Source: an uncultured candidate division Zixibacteria bacterium (lineage in GTDB: Bacteria; Zixibacteria; MSB-5A5; GN15; FEB-12). Taken from it: a DNA stretch of 64,000 bases. The stretch spans positions 576,001 through 640,000 of the forward strand of contig CAVTJJ010000006.1 of assembly GCA_963735035.1 (NCBI GenBank), read 5' to 3'. The translations under genes were made by a program, and so were the position numbers. A model generated the notes under the pieces. It made no database searches. It worked only from the letters and a program-made list of their open reading frames with translations, and was not told the origin of the DNA. This document shows, piece after piece, positions 36,627-47,064 of this stretch; the first letter of the stretch is position 1; each line of letters opens with the position of its first letter.

Positions 36627-38438
36627 ATGACGCAGGATATATACAGAGAGAAATTCGCCCAGGCGACAGCGGCTGCTTTTCGCCAGGTTTACCCGGACGT
36701 ATTCCAGACACAGGGCGACCAGGGTCCGTTTAGTGCGGCTACAATACTATCGGAGCTGATTCCCCCCAAAGATCCAGCCATGGGTCGTTTCTGTCTGCCG
36801 GTTTTCAAGCAGGCCCGCCTGTTTTCACAATCTCCGCCGCAGATTAGCGCGGCTGTCGCACCGGTCGTAAACGTGTTCCTGAAGCAATTGGGGGCGGCGG
36901 CGACAGTGTGCGAAGCGGTCGGTGGCTATCTAAACGCTCGAATTGATCCGGTTGCATTCACTCAGGAGACTCTGACTTCGATACTAACTAAGGGGAGTCA
37001 CTACGGCGACAGCACGCTGGGAGGCGGGAAGGTCTATCTCGTCGAATATTCCTCGCCGAATATCGCCAAGCCGTTCGGAATCGGGCATCTCCGCTCTACT
37101 ATTATTGGTCATTCCCTCAGGCGCATCAATCTGAAGCTCGGTTACAAGGCGCTGGGTATCAATTATCCGGGCGACTGGGGGACGCAGTTCGGCAAGATGA
37201 TTGTCGCTTTCCGGAAATGGGGCAATACTGACACGCTCGAAGGCGACGCGGTCAAGAAGCTACTAGAACTTTATGTCAGATTTCACCGCGAGGCGCATGA
37301 GAACCCGGCTCTCGACGACGAAGCCCGCCGGGCGTTCAAAGACCTTGAAGACGGCCATGCTGATGCGGTTGCCCTGTGGGAGAAGTTCAAGAAGATATCG
37401 TACGCCGAATTTGATCGCATCTACGGGATGCTCGGTATCGAATTCGACTGGACTTACGGCGAATCAGTTCTGAACGAGCGGATGGAGCCCATGATCCAGC
37501 GCTTGGACAAAGCCGGGCTGACATCGCGGTCGCAGGGAGCGCTGGTGGTCGAACTGGGTGACCCCAATCTTCCGCCGCTCTTGTTGCGCAAATCCGACGG
37601 CGCCACACTCTATGCTACGCGCGATCTGGCGGGTATCATCTACCGTTGCGAGAAATATCCGGATCTTTACAAGTCGCTCTACGTCGTGAATGTCGCCCAG
37701 TCCGATCATTTCAAGCAGTGCTTCAAGGTCATAGCCAAGCTGGAAGAGGCTGAGGGGGTACCGGTCGGTCAACGAATGCACGAGCGAATCGTGCATGTCG
37801 ATTTCGGCTGGGTCAGATTCGACGGCCAAATGATGTCGACCCGTGAGGGCAACACGGTGCTCCTCGAAGACGTAATTGACGAGGCCACCCGCCAATCGAG
37901 CGCGTTGATGAAAGAGAAGAACCCCGATCTGGCCAATGCCGATGAGATCGCCCGGATGGTTGGTGTGGGGGCGGTCATCTTCTCGCAAATTTCAGTTCGA
38001 CGTCAGCGTGACATCGATTTCCGCTGGGCGGACGTGCTCAATTTCGACGGCGAGACCGGGCCGTATTTGCAGTACACGCACGCGCGGCTGGCATCGGTCA
38101 TCAGGCGATACGGCAAACCGGTGAGGGAGTCGGTAGATTTCAGCCTTCTCAATCAACCGGAAGAACAGCGGGTTATCGAATTACTCGCGGATTTCCCCGG
38201 CGTGATAGTTGACGCGGGAGAACAATACGAACCGTATTTTATTTCCAGTCACCTGTTGAAACTGGCGTCGGCGTACAACAAAGTGTACCAACGCAAGGAC
38301 GATCAGGGTCGAATAGACAAGATTCTTTCGGACGATCCGGCGCTCACTGACGCGAGGCTGGCGCTAGTCAAGTCGGTGCAGACTGTGATAGACATAGGTT
38401 TGCACTTGCTGGGTTTGCGCGCGCCGGAGGCAATGTAG
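36627..38438 (+). CDS. argS: Arginine--tRNA ligase
   Basis: EYSSPNIAKP, GHLRSTIIG, GDWGTQFG, TLYATRD, MSTREG, GPYLQYTHAR. Confidence 0.97.
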   Translation: MTQDIYREKFAQATAAAFRQVYPDVFQTQGDQGPFSAATILSELIPPKDPAMGRFCLPVFKQARLFSQSPPQISAAVAPVVNVFLKQLGAAATVCEAVGGYLNARIDPVAFTQETLTSILTKGSHYGDSTLGGGKVYLVEYSSPNIAKPFGIGHLRSTIIGHSLRRINLKLGYKALGINYPGDWGTQFGKMIVAFRKWGNTDTLEGDAVKKLLELYVRFHREAHENPALDDEARRAFKDLEDGHADAVALWEKFKKISYAEFDRIYGMLGIEFDWTYGESVLNERMEPMIQRLDKAGLTSRSQGALVVELGDPNLPPLLLRKSDGATLYATRDLAGIIYRCEKYPDLYKSLYVVNVAQSDHFKQCFKVIAKLEEAEGVPVGQRMHERIVHVDFGWVRFDGQMMSTREGNTVLLEDVIDEATRQSSALMKEKNPDLANADEIARMVGVGAVIFSQISVRRQRDIDFRWADVLNFDGETGPYLQYTHARLASVIRRYGKPVRESVDFSLLNQPEEQRVIELLADFPGVIVDAGEQYEPYFISSHLLKLASAYNKVYQRKDDQGRIDKILSDDPALTDARLALVKSVQTVIDIGLHLLGLRAPEAM

Positions 38439-38538
38439 ATTTGGGATACCGGGTCCGTACCGGGTAATATCTGGCAATGGAAATTGATTTCACAATTTTG
38501 ACGCGGTGTTCGGGCAGGGCTGACCGGAGGAACAATCA

Positions 38539-39555
38539 ATGCTGATTGTGATGTCGCGCTCCGCCACTCCGGACCTCGTGGCGCGGGTATGCGAAGAAGT
38601 TGAGAAGATGGGGCTGGCGGCTCATCCGATGTTCGGCTCCCAACGTGTCGCTATCGGGATCACCGGCAACAAGAAGCAGGTGGATTCGGACCGAATCGCG
38701 AATCTGCCTGGCGTGCAGGAAGTCATTCACGTTACCAGACCGTATCATCTCGTCAGCCGCGAGAATCACCCCGAGGATACGATTGTCGATATCGGTGGCG
38801 TTAAGGTCGGCGGGCGAGAGTTCACAATTATGGCGGGTCCGTGTTCGGTCGAGAGTGAAAGCCAATGTTTCACTGTCGCTGAAGCGGTTGCGAAGTCGGG
38901 TGTGAAGATTTTTCGCGGCGGAGCCTATAAACCGCGAAGCTCGCCGTACACTTTTCAGGGCCTGGGTGAAAAGGGTCTCGAAATTCTGGCGAAAGTAAGA
39001 GAGCGTTTTGGGTTGAAGATAGTCACAGAAGCGATCGATACGGAAACAATCGGTCTAGTGTCTCAATACGCCGACATCATCCAGGTCGGCGCCCGCAATA
39101 TGCAAAACTATTCGTTGTTAAAGAAAGCCGGTCGCACCGGCAAGCCGGTGCTGCTGAAACGGGGTCATTCGGCCACTCTGGATGAGTTGCTTCTTTCGGC
39201 GGAGTACATTCTGGCCGAGAACAATCCAAACGTTATTCTGTGTGAGCGGGGTGTCCGCACGCTGGCCAACCACAGCCGCAACACGTTAGACCTGTCAGCG
39301 GTGCCGTTCATCAAGGGCAATAGTCACCTGCCTATTATAGCCGACCCGAGTCATGGGACCGGGCGTCGCGAGAAAGTCCTGCCACTGTCGCGTGCTTCTA
39401 TTGCAGTTGGGGCCGACGGACTCATGGTCGAAGTGCATAACCAACCCGATCAGGCTCTGTCCGACGGGGCTCAGTCGATTACCTGTGAGATGTTCGTACA
39501 ACTTATGAAAGACATGCGCCGAATCGCGCCTGTGGTTGACAAAATATGTCCGTGA
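38539..39555 (+). CDS. aroF: DAHP synthase (type I-beta with N-terminal regulatory domain)
   Basis: AGPCSVES, GGAYKPRSSPY, GARNMQN, DPSHGTG. Confidence 0.93.
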   Translation: MLIVMSRSATPDLVARVCEEVEKMGLAAHPMFGSQRVAIGITGNKKQVDSDRIANLPGVQEVIHVTRPYHLVSRENHPEDTIVDIGGVKVGGREFTIMAGPCSVESESQCFTVAEAVAKSGVKIFRGGAYKPRSSPYTFQGLGEKGLEILAKVRERFGLKIVTEAIDTETIGLVSQYADIIQVGARNMQNYSLLKKAGRTGKPVLLKRGHSATLDELLLSAEYILAENNPNVILCERGVRTLANHSRNTLDLSAVPFIKGNSHLPIIADPSHGTGRREKVLPLSRASIAVGADGLMVEVHNQPDQALSDGAQSITCEMFVQLMKDMRRIAPVVDKICP

Positions 39556-40898
39556 AGAAGGATCTCAAACCGGTCAGAAAAGTACACGGCACGGTGCGGA
39601 TGCCGGGGGATAAGTCTATCGCGCAGCGGGCGGCGCTGATATCGGCTCTGGCCACCGCGCCATTGACGGTACAACACTATCCCGACGGCGCCGACAGCCA
39701 GACCGCTTTGAGTGCCGCTCGGATGCTGGGTGTGCAGATACAGAAAAGTGACGATGGTTCACTGACCCTGACACCGCCACCTTCGATCAATCTTCCATTT
39801 GACTCGGTCATTGATTGCGCCAATTCCGGTACTACGGCTAGACTCTTGGCCGGTCTCATCGCCGGAACGAATCAGAGGACTGTGTTATCCGGTGACGAGT
39901 CCCTTTCGAGCCGACCGATGAAGCGGATAGTGGAGCCGCTCTGTGCGATGGGTGCCGAAGTCGTGGCTACCGAAGGACACCTGCCTCTGATGGTGCAGGG
40001 GAAGACATTGCTGCCATTTGAGTATCGTCTGCCGGTACCATCGGCACAAGTAAAGTCGGCCATTCTGCTGGCTGGAATCTCCGCCGGTTGCTCGATCAGA
40101 ATACTCGAGGATGTCATCAGCCGCGATCACACCGAGTTGATGCTGGCACATTTGGGGACCGCAATTGAAATGCGTGAGATTAACGCGGTGCTGCAGATCG
40201 ATCCCGATGATCCCCGAAAGAAACGCCGCATCATGCCGGAATCTTTCCGAAACGAGGTCAAGCTCGGCTCGCGAACGCGGCCGGGTGGCGGGGTGATCAA
40301 TATCCCAGGCGACATATCAACGGCAGCGTTCTTCTTTGCGGCGGCAGCCCTGACCGGTGGTACGGTTACAGTCGAACAGGTGGGATTGAACCCCACGCGG
40401 ACGGCGTTTCTCGACCATTTGAAATCAATTGGTTGTGAAGTATCGATTGCCGACCGAGTAGTAATCAGCGGCGAACCACGTGGCACGGTGACTGTCACAG
40501 GCGGCGAACTCAAGGGGCGCAACATATCAGGCGAGAACACGGTCGCACTCATTGACGAAATACCGATTGTGGCGGTATTGGCTGGATTTGCAAAGGGCGA
40601 GACGATCATCCGCGATGCCGCCGAGTTGCGTCACAAAGAGTCTGACCGTCTCGAAGCGATAGATTTCAATCTACGCCAGATGGGTGTACCCTGTGGCACA
40701 CTCGAGGACGGTTTGATTATAGAAGGTCGCAAGGACCCGAGCGGCAGCGATTTCAAATCGTACGGGGATCACCGTATCGCCATGGCCTGTGCGATAGCGG
40801 CTCTGGCGGCAGTGGGACCATCGACCATTGACGATTCATCGGTAGTGAGCGTCTCCTGTCCGACTTTCTTTGACATTTTGACTCAGATTGTGCAATGA
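39546..40898 (+). CDS. aroA: EPSP synthase
   Basis: PGDKS, NSGTT, SAQVKSA, RDHTE, KESDR, DHRIAM. Confidence 0.95.
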   Translation: MSVKKDLKPVRKVHGTVRMPGDKSIAQRAALISALATAPLTVQHYPDGADSQTALSAARMLGVQIQKSDDGSLTLTPPPSINLPFDSVIDCANSGTTARLLAGLIAGTNQRTVLSGDESLSSRPMKRIVEPLCAMGAEVVATEGHLPLMVQGKTLLPFEYRLPVPSAQVKSAILLAGISAGCSIRILEDVISRDHTELMLAHLGTAIEMREINAVLQIDPDDPRKKRRIMPESFRNEVKLGSRTRPGGGVINIPGDISTAAFFFAAAALTGGTVTVEQVGLNPTRTAFLDHLKSIGCEVSIADRVVISGEPRGTVTVTGGELKGRNISGENTVALIDEIPIVAVLAGFAKGETIIRDAAELRHKESDRLEAIDFNLRQMGVPCGTLEDGLIIEGRKDPSGSDFKSYGDHRIAMACAIAALAAVGPSTIDDSSVVSVSCPTFFDILTQIVQ

Positions 40899-41734
40899 AA
40901 CCACTCCGGTTTGGACTCGTTGGTGAGAATGTCGGCTATTCGCTGTCGCCGGATATCTTCCTGGCGATGCTCGCCCAACTTGAACTGAAGGGTTGCTTTG
41001 ACGTTCACTCGGTCGCGAGACAACAACTCGGACCTTGCGTGCGGCAACTGGTCGAAACCGGTTGCTCCGGCTTCTCGGTGACCATTCCCCACAAGGAACA
41101 GATAGGACAATTTCTGGATGCCACCGATGACAGCGCCAAGGCTGCGGGTGCGATCAATTCTGTCAGTATTCGCAATGGTTCGTTAACGGGCCACAATACC
41201 GATCGCGAGGGATTTACCTATTCATTGCGACGGCAGGGTTTCACCGGCTGCAAACGTGCGCTCATTCTTGGCCGGGGTGGCGCTGCGAGAGCAGTGATGG
41301 CCGGCCTTCGTCACGATTTCGACGTAACAAAGTTTGTGGTGTGTGGTCGGACTAACGGCGATGAGGCCGATCAGGCGGATAGACTTCAAGCGCTAAGAGA
41401 GCATCTCCAGGCTGACATTAAGGCCGTGCCGCTCGAAGAGTGCGCCGGTGATATGAGTGCCGAGTTGATCGTCAATTGTACTCCACTGGGTGGACCGAAT
41501 CATGCTGACAAGAGCGCTGTCCCGGAACGCCTCGATTGGCAATCGGTCTCTCTGTACTATGATCTGAACTACAACGTGGGCAATCGCATGGTAGCCGAGG
41601 CGCAACGTCACGGTGTGGTCGCTACGGACGGCTCCACTATGCTGGTGGCACAAGCGGTCAGGTCGTTTGAGCTGTGGACCGGACATCGGGCCGACTTCGA
41701 AATGGTCTACAAGAAAGTCTTCCCCAATAACTAA
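40895..41734 (+). CDS. aroE: Shikimate dehydrogenase
   Basis: SLSP, VTIPHK, GHNTD, GRGGAA, NCTP. Confidence 0.92.
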   Translation: MKPLRFGLVGENVGYSLSPDIFLAMLAQLELKGCFDVHSVARQQLGPCVRQLVETGCSGFSVTIPHKEQIGQFLDATDDSAKAAGAINSVSIRNGSLTGHNTDREGFTYSLRRQGFTGCKRALILGRGGAARAVMAGLRHDFDVTKFVVCGRTNGDEADQADRLQALREHLQADIKAVPLEECAGDMSAELIVNCTPLGGPNHADKSAVPERLDWQSVSLYYDLNYNVGNRMVAEAQRHGVVATDGSTMLVAQAVRSFELWTGHRADFEMVYKKVFPNN

Positions 41735-41749
41735 TCCGAAGGTGCTCGT

Positions 41750-42304
41750 TTGACTCAGGCTGGAAAACGATGGGTGTTTCTAATCGGTTTCTCCGGTTCG
41801 GGCAAAACGACCGTGGGCCCATTGTTGGCTGCCAGGATGAAGCTCCCGTTCAATGATCTGGACAGTGTTATCGAGAAACAGTCAGGGAGATTGGTCACTG
41901 ACATATTTGCGGATTCAGGGGAGAAGGTGTTCCGTCGGATGGAACTTACTGAGCTCAAGCGACTCCTATCAAGTGGAAGAGGGGGCGTAGTCGCGCTGGG
42001 CGGTGGAGCGTACGAGAATGAGAGCATCCGCGACACGGCTATGAATTATGGCTACACAGTGTATCTGAGTTGCTCAGCCAGAGAGCTATATAGAAGATTG
42101 CGAACGTCGGAAGATCGGCCACTTTTGCGGGTGACGTCCCGACAAGGTGAAACGGTCAGGCAAGCCCGGATGCGGCGGATCAAGACGCTGGTGAAGAAGC
42201 GTCTTGCTAATTACTGTCGCGCCGATTTCATTGTCTCGACTACGAAAAGGACGCCGAGCCAGGTAGTCAGACACCTTCAGAAGATTCTGAGTGAGTTCGA
42301 ATGA
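41750..42304 (+). CDS. aroK: Shikimate kinase
   Basis: GFSGSGKTT, GEKVFR, ALGGG, RPLL. Confidence 0.92.
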   Translation: MTQAGKRWVFLIGFSGSGKTTVGPLLAARMKLPFNDLDSVIEKQSGRLVTDIFADSGEKVFRRMELTELKRLLSSGRGGVVALGGGAYENESIRDTAMNYGYTVYLSCSARELYRRLRTSEDRPLLRVTSRQGETVRQARMRRIKTLVKKRLANYCRADFIVSTTKRTPSQVVRHLQKILSEFE

Positions 42305-43413
42305 AGCAATTGATTGTCAAGATATCGGGGCGCGAGTATCCGGTACTCATCGGAGAGAATCTCGCGCCGTCGCTTAAGAAGCTGCTGCTCAAGAATGTTG
42401 GACGGGGACGTCCGTTTGTCTTCTTCGATGCCAATCTATACGCTCTTCATGGCCGTACTCTGGAGCGACAGCTTAGCTCTCCAAATTCTCACACTATCGA
42501 ATTCGTGGTACCGTCGGGCGAAAAGGCCAAATCTTCTTCGGTACTCGCTGGAATCTATGACTTTCTCTTGGCCAATGAGATTACCCGGGATGATTTCATC
42601 ATCGCCTGTGGCGGCGGAGTTACCAGCGATCTGGTCGGCTATGCGGCCGCTACAACCCTGCGGGGCATTCGGTGGGGTGTTGTGCCGACCACGCTCTTGA
42701 GCATGGTCGATGCCTCAATCGGCGGCAAGACGGGGATCAATCATGCACGTGGCAAGAATCTGATCGGCGCTTTCTGGCAGCCATCGTTTGTGTGTTCTGA
42801 TCTCCGATATCTGATGACTCTGGACGAGCGCCAGATGTGGGCGGGGCTTGGTGAAGTTGCCAAGACAGCCGGATTGGCTGGGGGCAAAGCAGTTCAGAAT
42901 CTGGCTCGCTTCCTGGATCGACATCGGCTTTACGATTTAGGTGGACTTTCCCACTTGGTCTGGCAAACGTCAGCGTACAAAGCACAAATCGTTGCGAGTG
43001 ACGAACGTGACGCTGGAACGCGTATGATTCTGAATTACGGCCACACCTTTGCGCACGGTATCGAGAAAGCGCTCGGTTACGGTCGTTTGCTCCATGGCGA
43101 GGCAGTTATAATCGGGACTGAAGCGGCTTTGGCACTTGGAGAAAGACGCGGGCATAGTTCAGCGGCTTTGTCGGGCTATCGCTCAATAGTAACGTCGATG
43201 TTGAGTCACCTCCCGAAGCACCGGATCGACCCGGATAAAGTATGGCAGGCGATGGCGCTCGACAAGAAGCGCACGGCTCGGGACTTTCGATTTGTCATTC
43301 TGAAATCGCTCGGCAAGCCGATAGTTGTCGATGATATCAAGTTCTCTATGGCGAAGGCCGCGTTGGATGAGGCTCTCGAGACGTATCACAAGATTGGACG
43401 AAGTCATGCCTAA
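42301..43413 (+). CDS. aroB: 3-dehydroquinate synthase
   Basis: GGGVTSD, PTTLL..VDASIGGKT, LNYGHT, HGEAV. Confidence 0.95.
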   Translation: MKQLIVKISGREYPVLIGENLAPSLKKLLLKNVGRGRPFVFFDANLYALHGRTLERQLSSPNSHTIEFVVPSGEKAKSSSVLAGIYDFLLANEITRDDFIIACGGGVTSDLVGYAAATTLRGIRWGVVPTTLLSMVDASIGGKTGINHARGKNLIGAFWQPSFVCSDLRYLMTLDERQMWAGLGEVAKTAGLAGGKAVQNLARFLDRHRLYDLGGLSHLVWQTSAYKAQIVASDERDAGTRMILNYGHTFAHGIEKALGYGRLLHGEAVIIGTEAALALGERRGHSSAALSGYRSIVTSMLSHLPKHRIDPDKVWQAMALDKKRTARDFRFVILKSLGKPIVVDDIKFSMAKAALDEALETYHKIGRSHA

Positions 43414-43834
43414 GATTTTGCTGGTAAACGGACCGAATCTGAATCTCCTCGGAAAACGGAACCCTGAGATCTATGGGACGACAACATTGCCGGAGATTGT
43501 TGATCGACTCACCCAGGCAGCAAGAGTCGCCGGATACGAATTGCTCGCGTTTCAGTCCAACCACGAAGGGGCTATCATTGATTTTCTGCACAAGGAAGCC
43601 CCGTCCGCGAATGGATTAATCATCAATCCCGGGGCGCTCGGCCACTACAGCTATTCCTTGCGAGACGCCATCGAAGCAGTCGCGATCAAGAGTATCGAAG
43701 TGCATATCAGCAATGTTCACGCCCGCGAAGAATTCCGCCGCCAACTTGTTCTAACTCCGGTCTGCGTCGAGCAGATTGTCGGCCAGGGAGTCGAGGGGTA
43801 TTTCGTGGCACTTCGGAAACTCATCGGAACCTAA
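43406..43834 (+). CDS. aroQ: Type II 3-dehydroquinate dehydratase
   Basis: NGPNLNLLGKR, SNHEG, INPG, EVHISN. Confidence 0.95.
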   Translation: MPKILLVNGPNLNLLGKRNPEIYGTTTLPEIVDRLTQAARVAGYELLAFQSNHEGAIIDFLHKEAPSANGLIINPGALGHYSYSLRDAIEAVAIKSIEVHISNVHAREEFRRQLVLTPVCVEQIVGQGVEGYFVALRKLIGT

Positions 43835-43916
43835 TCCGGTTCCTACTCGACCAAGGTAGTCGCCATGCTGACTACCACTCAATAATTGCGAATACTTGCC
43901 TTCACACAGTAGAACT

Positions 43917-45290
43917 ATGAGTGACGTTCAAGCCAAGGCGGTGAAGAATCGGGACTTGATCACATCAGGCCCGATTGTCAAAGCCGTATTCTCGCTAGCG
44001 ATCCCGGTGCTGCTCGGGATGCTGATGGAGGTCGCGCTGGCTGTCACGAACTTCTTCTGGGTCGGCTGGCTGGGGCCGTCGGCTCAGGACGCGGTAACAT
44101 CGTCGCTTGTCATGGTATGGACGGTGTTTGCCCTGACCACGATTGTCGGGATCGGAGTCACAGCGCTCGTCGCCCGACACGTAGGAGCCGGTGAATTCGA
44201 TATGGCGGCCGACTACGCCCGCCAGGCGCTCTGGCTGGCGACCATCGTGGGTGGTACGGTAAGTGTCTTGGGAATGCTGTTCGCGCCCCAGCTATTAGCG
44301 CTGATGCAGACCGGGGAAGCTACCCGGGTGCAGTCGGTCGCGTATCTGCGGATATTCTTCGCGGGCTCCTGGCTGATCTTTCTCGCCGATGGAACTTATG
44401 CGGTCTTTCGCGCTTCGGGTGACACCAAAACGCCGGTGCGGGTGGGAATCGCCGTAGTCGTAATCAATATGCTTCTCGACCCACTGTTCATTTTCGGGTG
44501 GGGCCCCGTTCCTGCCTTCGGAGTGCCGGGGGCCGCTGTCGCTACGACCATCTCTCTGCTCATCGGTGCCGGTCTGATTGTGCGGTCACTGCTTAGAGGT
44601 GGCGTCGGTTTTCAGATCGGAAATCCCTGGGCCGTACGTCCGAAAGCGGCCAGTTTCGGCAGGATCGTGAAAATCGGATTCCCGGTCACCAGCCAGCAGG
44701 TCGTCTTCGTAATGGTCTACTGGTTCCTGATCGGGTTCGTGCATCGATTTGGCGAAACAGCCGGTGCTGCGATGGGTATCGGCAATCGGATGGAAGCGTT
44801 TTCGTACCTTACCTGCTACGGTTTCTCGATTGCCGCGTCGACTCTGGTGGGACAGAATTTGGGGGCGGGTCAGCCGGAGCGCGCCGCCCGTTGCGCCTGG
44901 GGGGCGGTCTGTCTGGGTCTGGCTCTGACCTTGATCTTCTCGGCCGCTTTCATAGGCATACCGGGCGCCATCGTCGGAGTCTTCACGGACGATCCGGCAG
45001 TCCGCCACATCGCGATTGACTATCTGGTCATTCTGGGACTGTCTCAGGCGGCGATGGCATTCGAAATCATCCTGGAGGGGGCCTTTTCAGGAGCCGGAAA
45101 TACGATCCCCCCGATGGTCGTGATGCTTCCTGGATCGATTCTGCGCATTCCCCTCGCCTGGTACCTGGCTTTCCAACTCGACTGGGGGATCAACGGAATC
45201 TGGTGTACCCTGACCATCACAACCGGTCTCAAAGCGGTACTTCTGGCCTGGTGGTTCTCACTCGGCCGCTGGAAACGCCGGCCGTTGTGA
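43917..45290 (+). CDS. MATE family efflux transporter
   Basis: About 12 TM helices; GDTKTP, LDPLFIFG, VGQNLGAG. Confidence 0.92.
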   Translation: MSDVQAKAVKNRDLITSGPIVKAVFSLAIPVLLGMLMEVALAVTNFFWVGWLGPSAQDAVTSSLVMVWTVFALTTIVGIGVTALVARHVGAGEFDMAADYARQALWLATIVGGTVSVLGMLFAPQLLALMQTGEATRVQSVAYLRIFFAGSWLIFLADGTYAVFRASGDTKTPVRVGIAVVVINMLLDPLFIFGWGPVPAFGVPGAAVATTISLLIGAGLIVRSLLRGGVGFQIGNPWAVRPKAASFGRIVKIGFPVTSQQVVFVMVYWFLIGFVHRFGETAGAAMGIGNRMEAFSYLTCYGFSIAASTLVGQNLGAGQPERAARCAWGAVCLGLALTLIFSAAFIGIPGAIVGVFTDDPAVRHIAIDYLVILGLSQAAMAFEIILEGAFSGAGNTIPPMVVMLPGSILRIPLAWYLAFQLDWGINGIWCTLTITTGLKAVLLAWWFSLGRWKRRPL

Positions 45291-45332
45291 TATTCTGTTG
45301 ACCGGTCCGAAGGCGACCGGTTTATTCTCGAC

Positions 45333-46274
45333 ATGAACCCGGTAGGTCTGGCTTTACATCTGGCGGAGAAGTCGCATCCGGCCCCGTTGGGGCACCCCGA
45401 AAATTTCGGGCGGCTGGCGCTTGTCCCGGCCGCGCTGGAGCGACCTGAAATTGCGGCTCTGACTGCACCGATACCTCAAAACCAGTACGACCTCAAAGTG
45501 CTTGGCCGTGTACATCACCCGGACTATATCGACCGGCTGAAGTCCTACAAGATTGCCGAGACCGATTATGTCGATCCCGACACCTACCACGGGCCCTTGT
45601 CGTTCGAGGCCTCTTGCGATGTCACCTGGGCGGTCTTGAGTGGGGTGGATGCGGCGTTTGGGCCCGGTCCAAGCGTTTCGTTTGTGCTGGGACGTCCCCC
45701 GGGGCACCATGCTGAAGCTGATATCGGCATGGGGTTCTGCCTGGTCAACCACTCGGCCGTGGCCGCGCAGTATGCTATCGATGTCCACAAATGTCGGCGC
45801 GTGGCTGTGGTCGACTTTGACATCCACCACGGCAACGGCATTCAGCATATATTTTATGAGCGCAGCGATGTGCTCTATATCTCAACGCACCAGTCTCCAT
45901 TCTATCCGGGAACCGGTTCCTCGGGAGAAGAGGGCGCGCACGAAGGCCACGGGTACACGGCCAACTTCCCATTTTGGGCAGGGGCAGGCAACACCGAGTT
46001 GGTGAACGTCTTTAAGGGTAAGATCACCGAACTGCTCGATAGTTACGGGCCGGATATCATACTCGTTTCGGCTGGATTCGATGGGCACTATCTCGATCCT
46101 CTCGGCGGGTTCAAGATGACCGGCGAAGGCTTTCGTCTCATAGGGGTCTGCCTGCGCGAGGCCGCCGACCGGCTGTGCGGCTCGCGCCTGGTTTCGACCC
46201 TGGAAGGGGGATACCATCCCGAAGCCAACGTTGACTCGATAACAAATTATATTAGAGGAATAGCATTAGCATGA
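45333..46274 (+). CDS. Histone deacetylase family protein
   Basis: RPPGHHA, GFC, DFDIHHGNG, SAGFD, LEGGY. Confidence 0.93.
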   Translation: MNPVGLALHLAEKSHPAPLGHPENFGRLALVPAALERPEIAALTAPIPQNQYDLKVLGRVHHPDYIDRLKSYKIAETDYVDPDTYHGPLSFEASCDVTWAVLSGVDAAFGPGPSVSFVLGRPPGHHAEADIGMGFCLVNHSAVAAQYAIDVHKCRRVAVVDFDIHHGNGIQHIFYERSDVLYISTHQSPFYPGTGSSGEEGAHEGHGYTANFPFWAGAGNTELVNVFKGKITELLDSYGPDIILVSAGFDGHYLDPLGGFKMTGEGFRLIGVCLREAADRLCGSRLVSTLEGGYHPEANVDSITNYIRGIALA

Positions 46275-47041
46275 GCACCAGGTACGTAAGATATCGACTG
46301 ACGAATGAAACCCGCGAAGTCTATGGTATAGTCAAGGGCGATTCGGTTTCTGAACTCGATGCCGCCCCATGGGCGGGAGGGAAGCCCACCGGCAAGACTA
46401 CACCGCTTTCTGGTGTGACGCTTCTGGCGCCGGTACAGCCTTCGAAAATTGTCTGTATTGGGCTCAATTATCATGCCCACGTACAGGCCTCGTTCTCGGC
46501 CGACAAACCGCCCGAATATCCGCTGATCTTCCTCAAGCCGCCATCATCGATAATCGGACCCAACGACAAGATCGTCCATCCCCCACAATCGGAGCGGGTT
46601 GATTATGAGGCGGAGCTGGGTATAGTGATTGGTCGGCAAGGGAGCCATATCCCCCTCGAAGATATCGAAAAGTACATCTTTGGTTTCACCTGTGTCAACG
46701 ATGTCACCGCGCGGGACCTGCAAAATAAAGATGGTCAGTGGTCGCGGGCCAAGGGGTTTGATACTTTTTGCCCCGTGGGCCCGTGGATTGTTGACGAGTT
46801 GAACTTCCGCGATGTATTGGTCGAGGGAATTCATAACGGCGAAACAAAACAATCGGGGCGCACGTCGCTGATGATCTTCGACATCCCGTTCCTGATACAT
46901 TACATATCGCAGGTTATGACCTTGAATCCGGGCGATTTGATTTCCACCGGGACGCCATCGGGTATCGCCCCGATGAAATCGGGTGATACGATTGAAGTGC
47001 GGGTGGAAGGCATAGGGAGTCTCAAGAACAGCATGGCTTGA
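46271..47041 (+). CDS. Fumarylacetoacetate hydrolase family protein
   Basis: GLNY, DYEAEL, NDVTARD, AKGFDTF, TGTP. Confidence 0.92.
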   Translation: MSTRYVRYRLTNETREVYGIVKGDSVSELDAAPWAGGKPTGKTTPLSGVTLLAPVQPSKIVCIGLNYHAHVQASFSADKPPEYPLIFLKPPSSIIGPNDKIVHPPQSERVDYEAELGIVIGRQGSHIPLEDIEKYIFGFTCVNDVTARDLQNKDGQWSRAKGFDTFCPVGPWIVDELNFRDVLVEGIHNGETKQSGRTSLMIFDIPFLIHYISQVMTLNPGDLISTGTPSGIAPMKSGDTIEVRVEGIGSLKNSMA

Positions 47042-47064
47042 AAGCCCATGTTGCGTCGGAGAGA

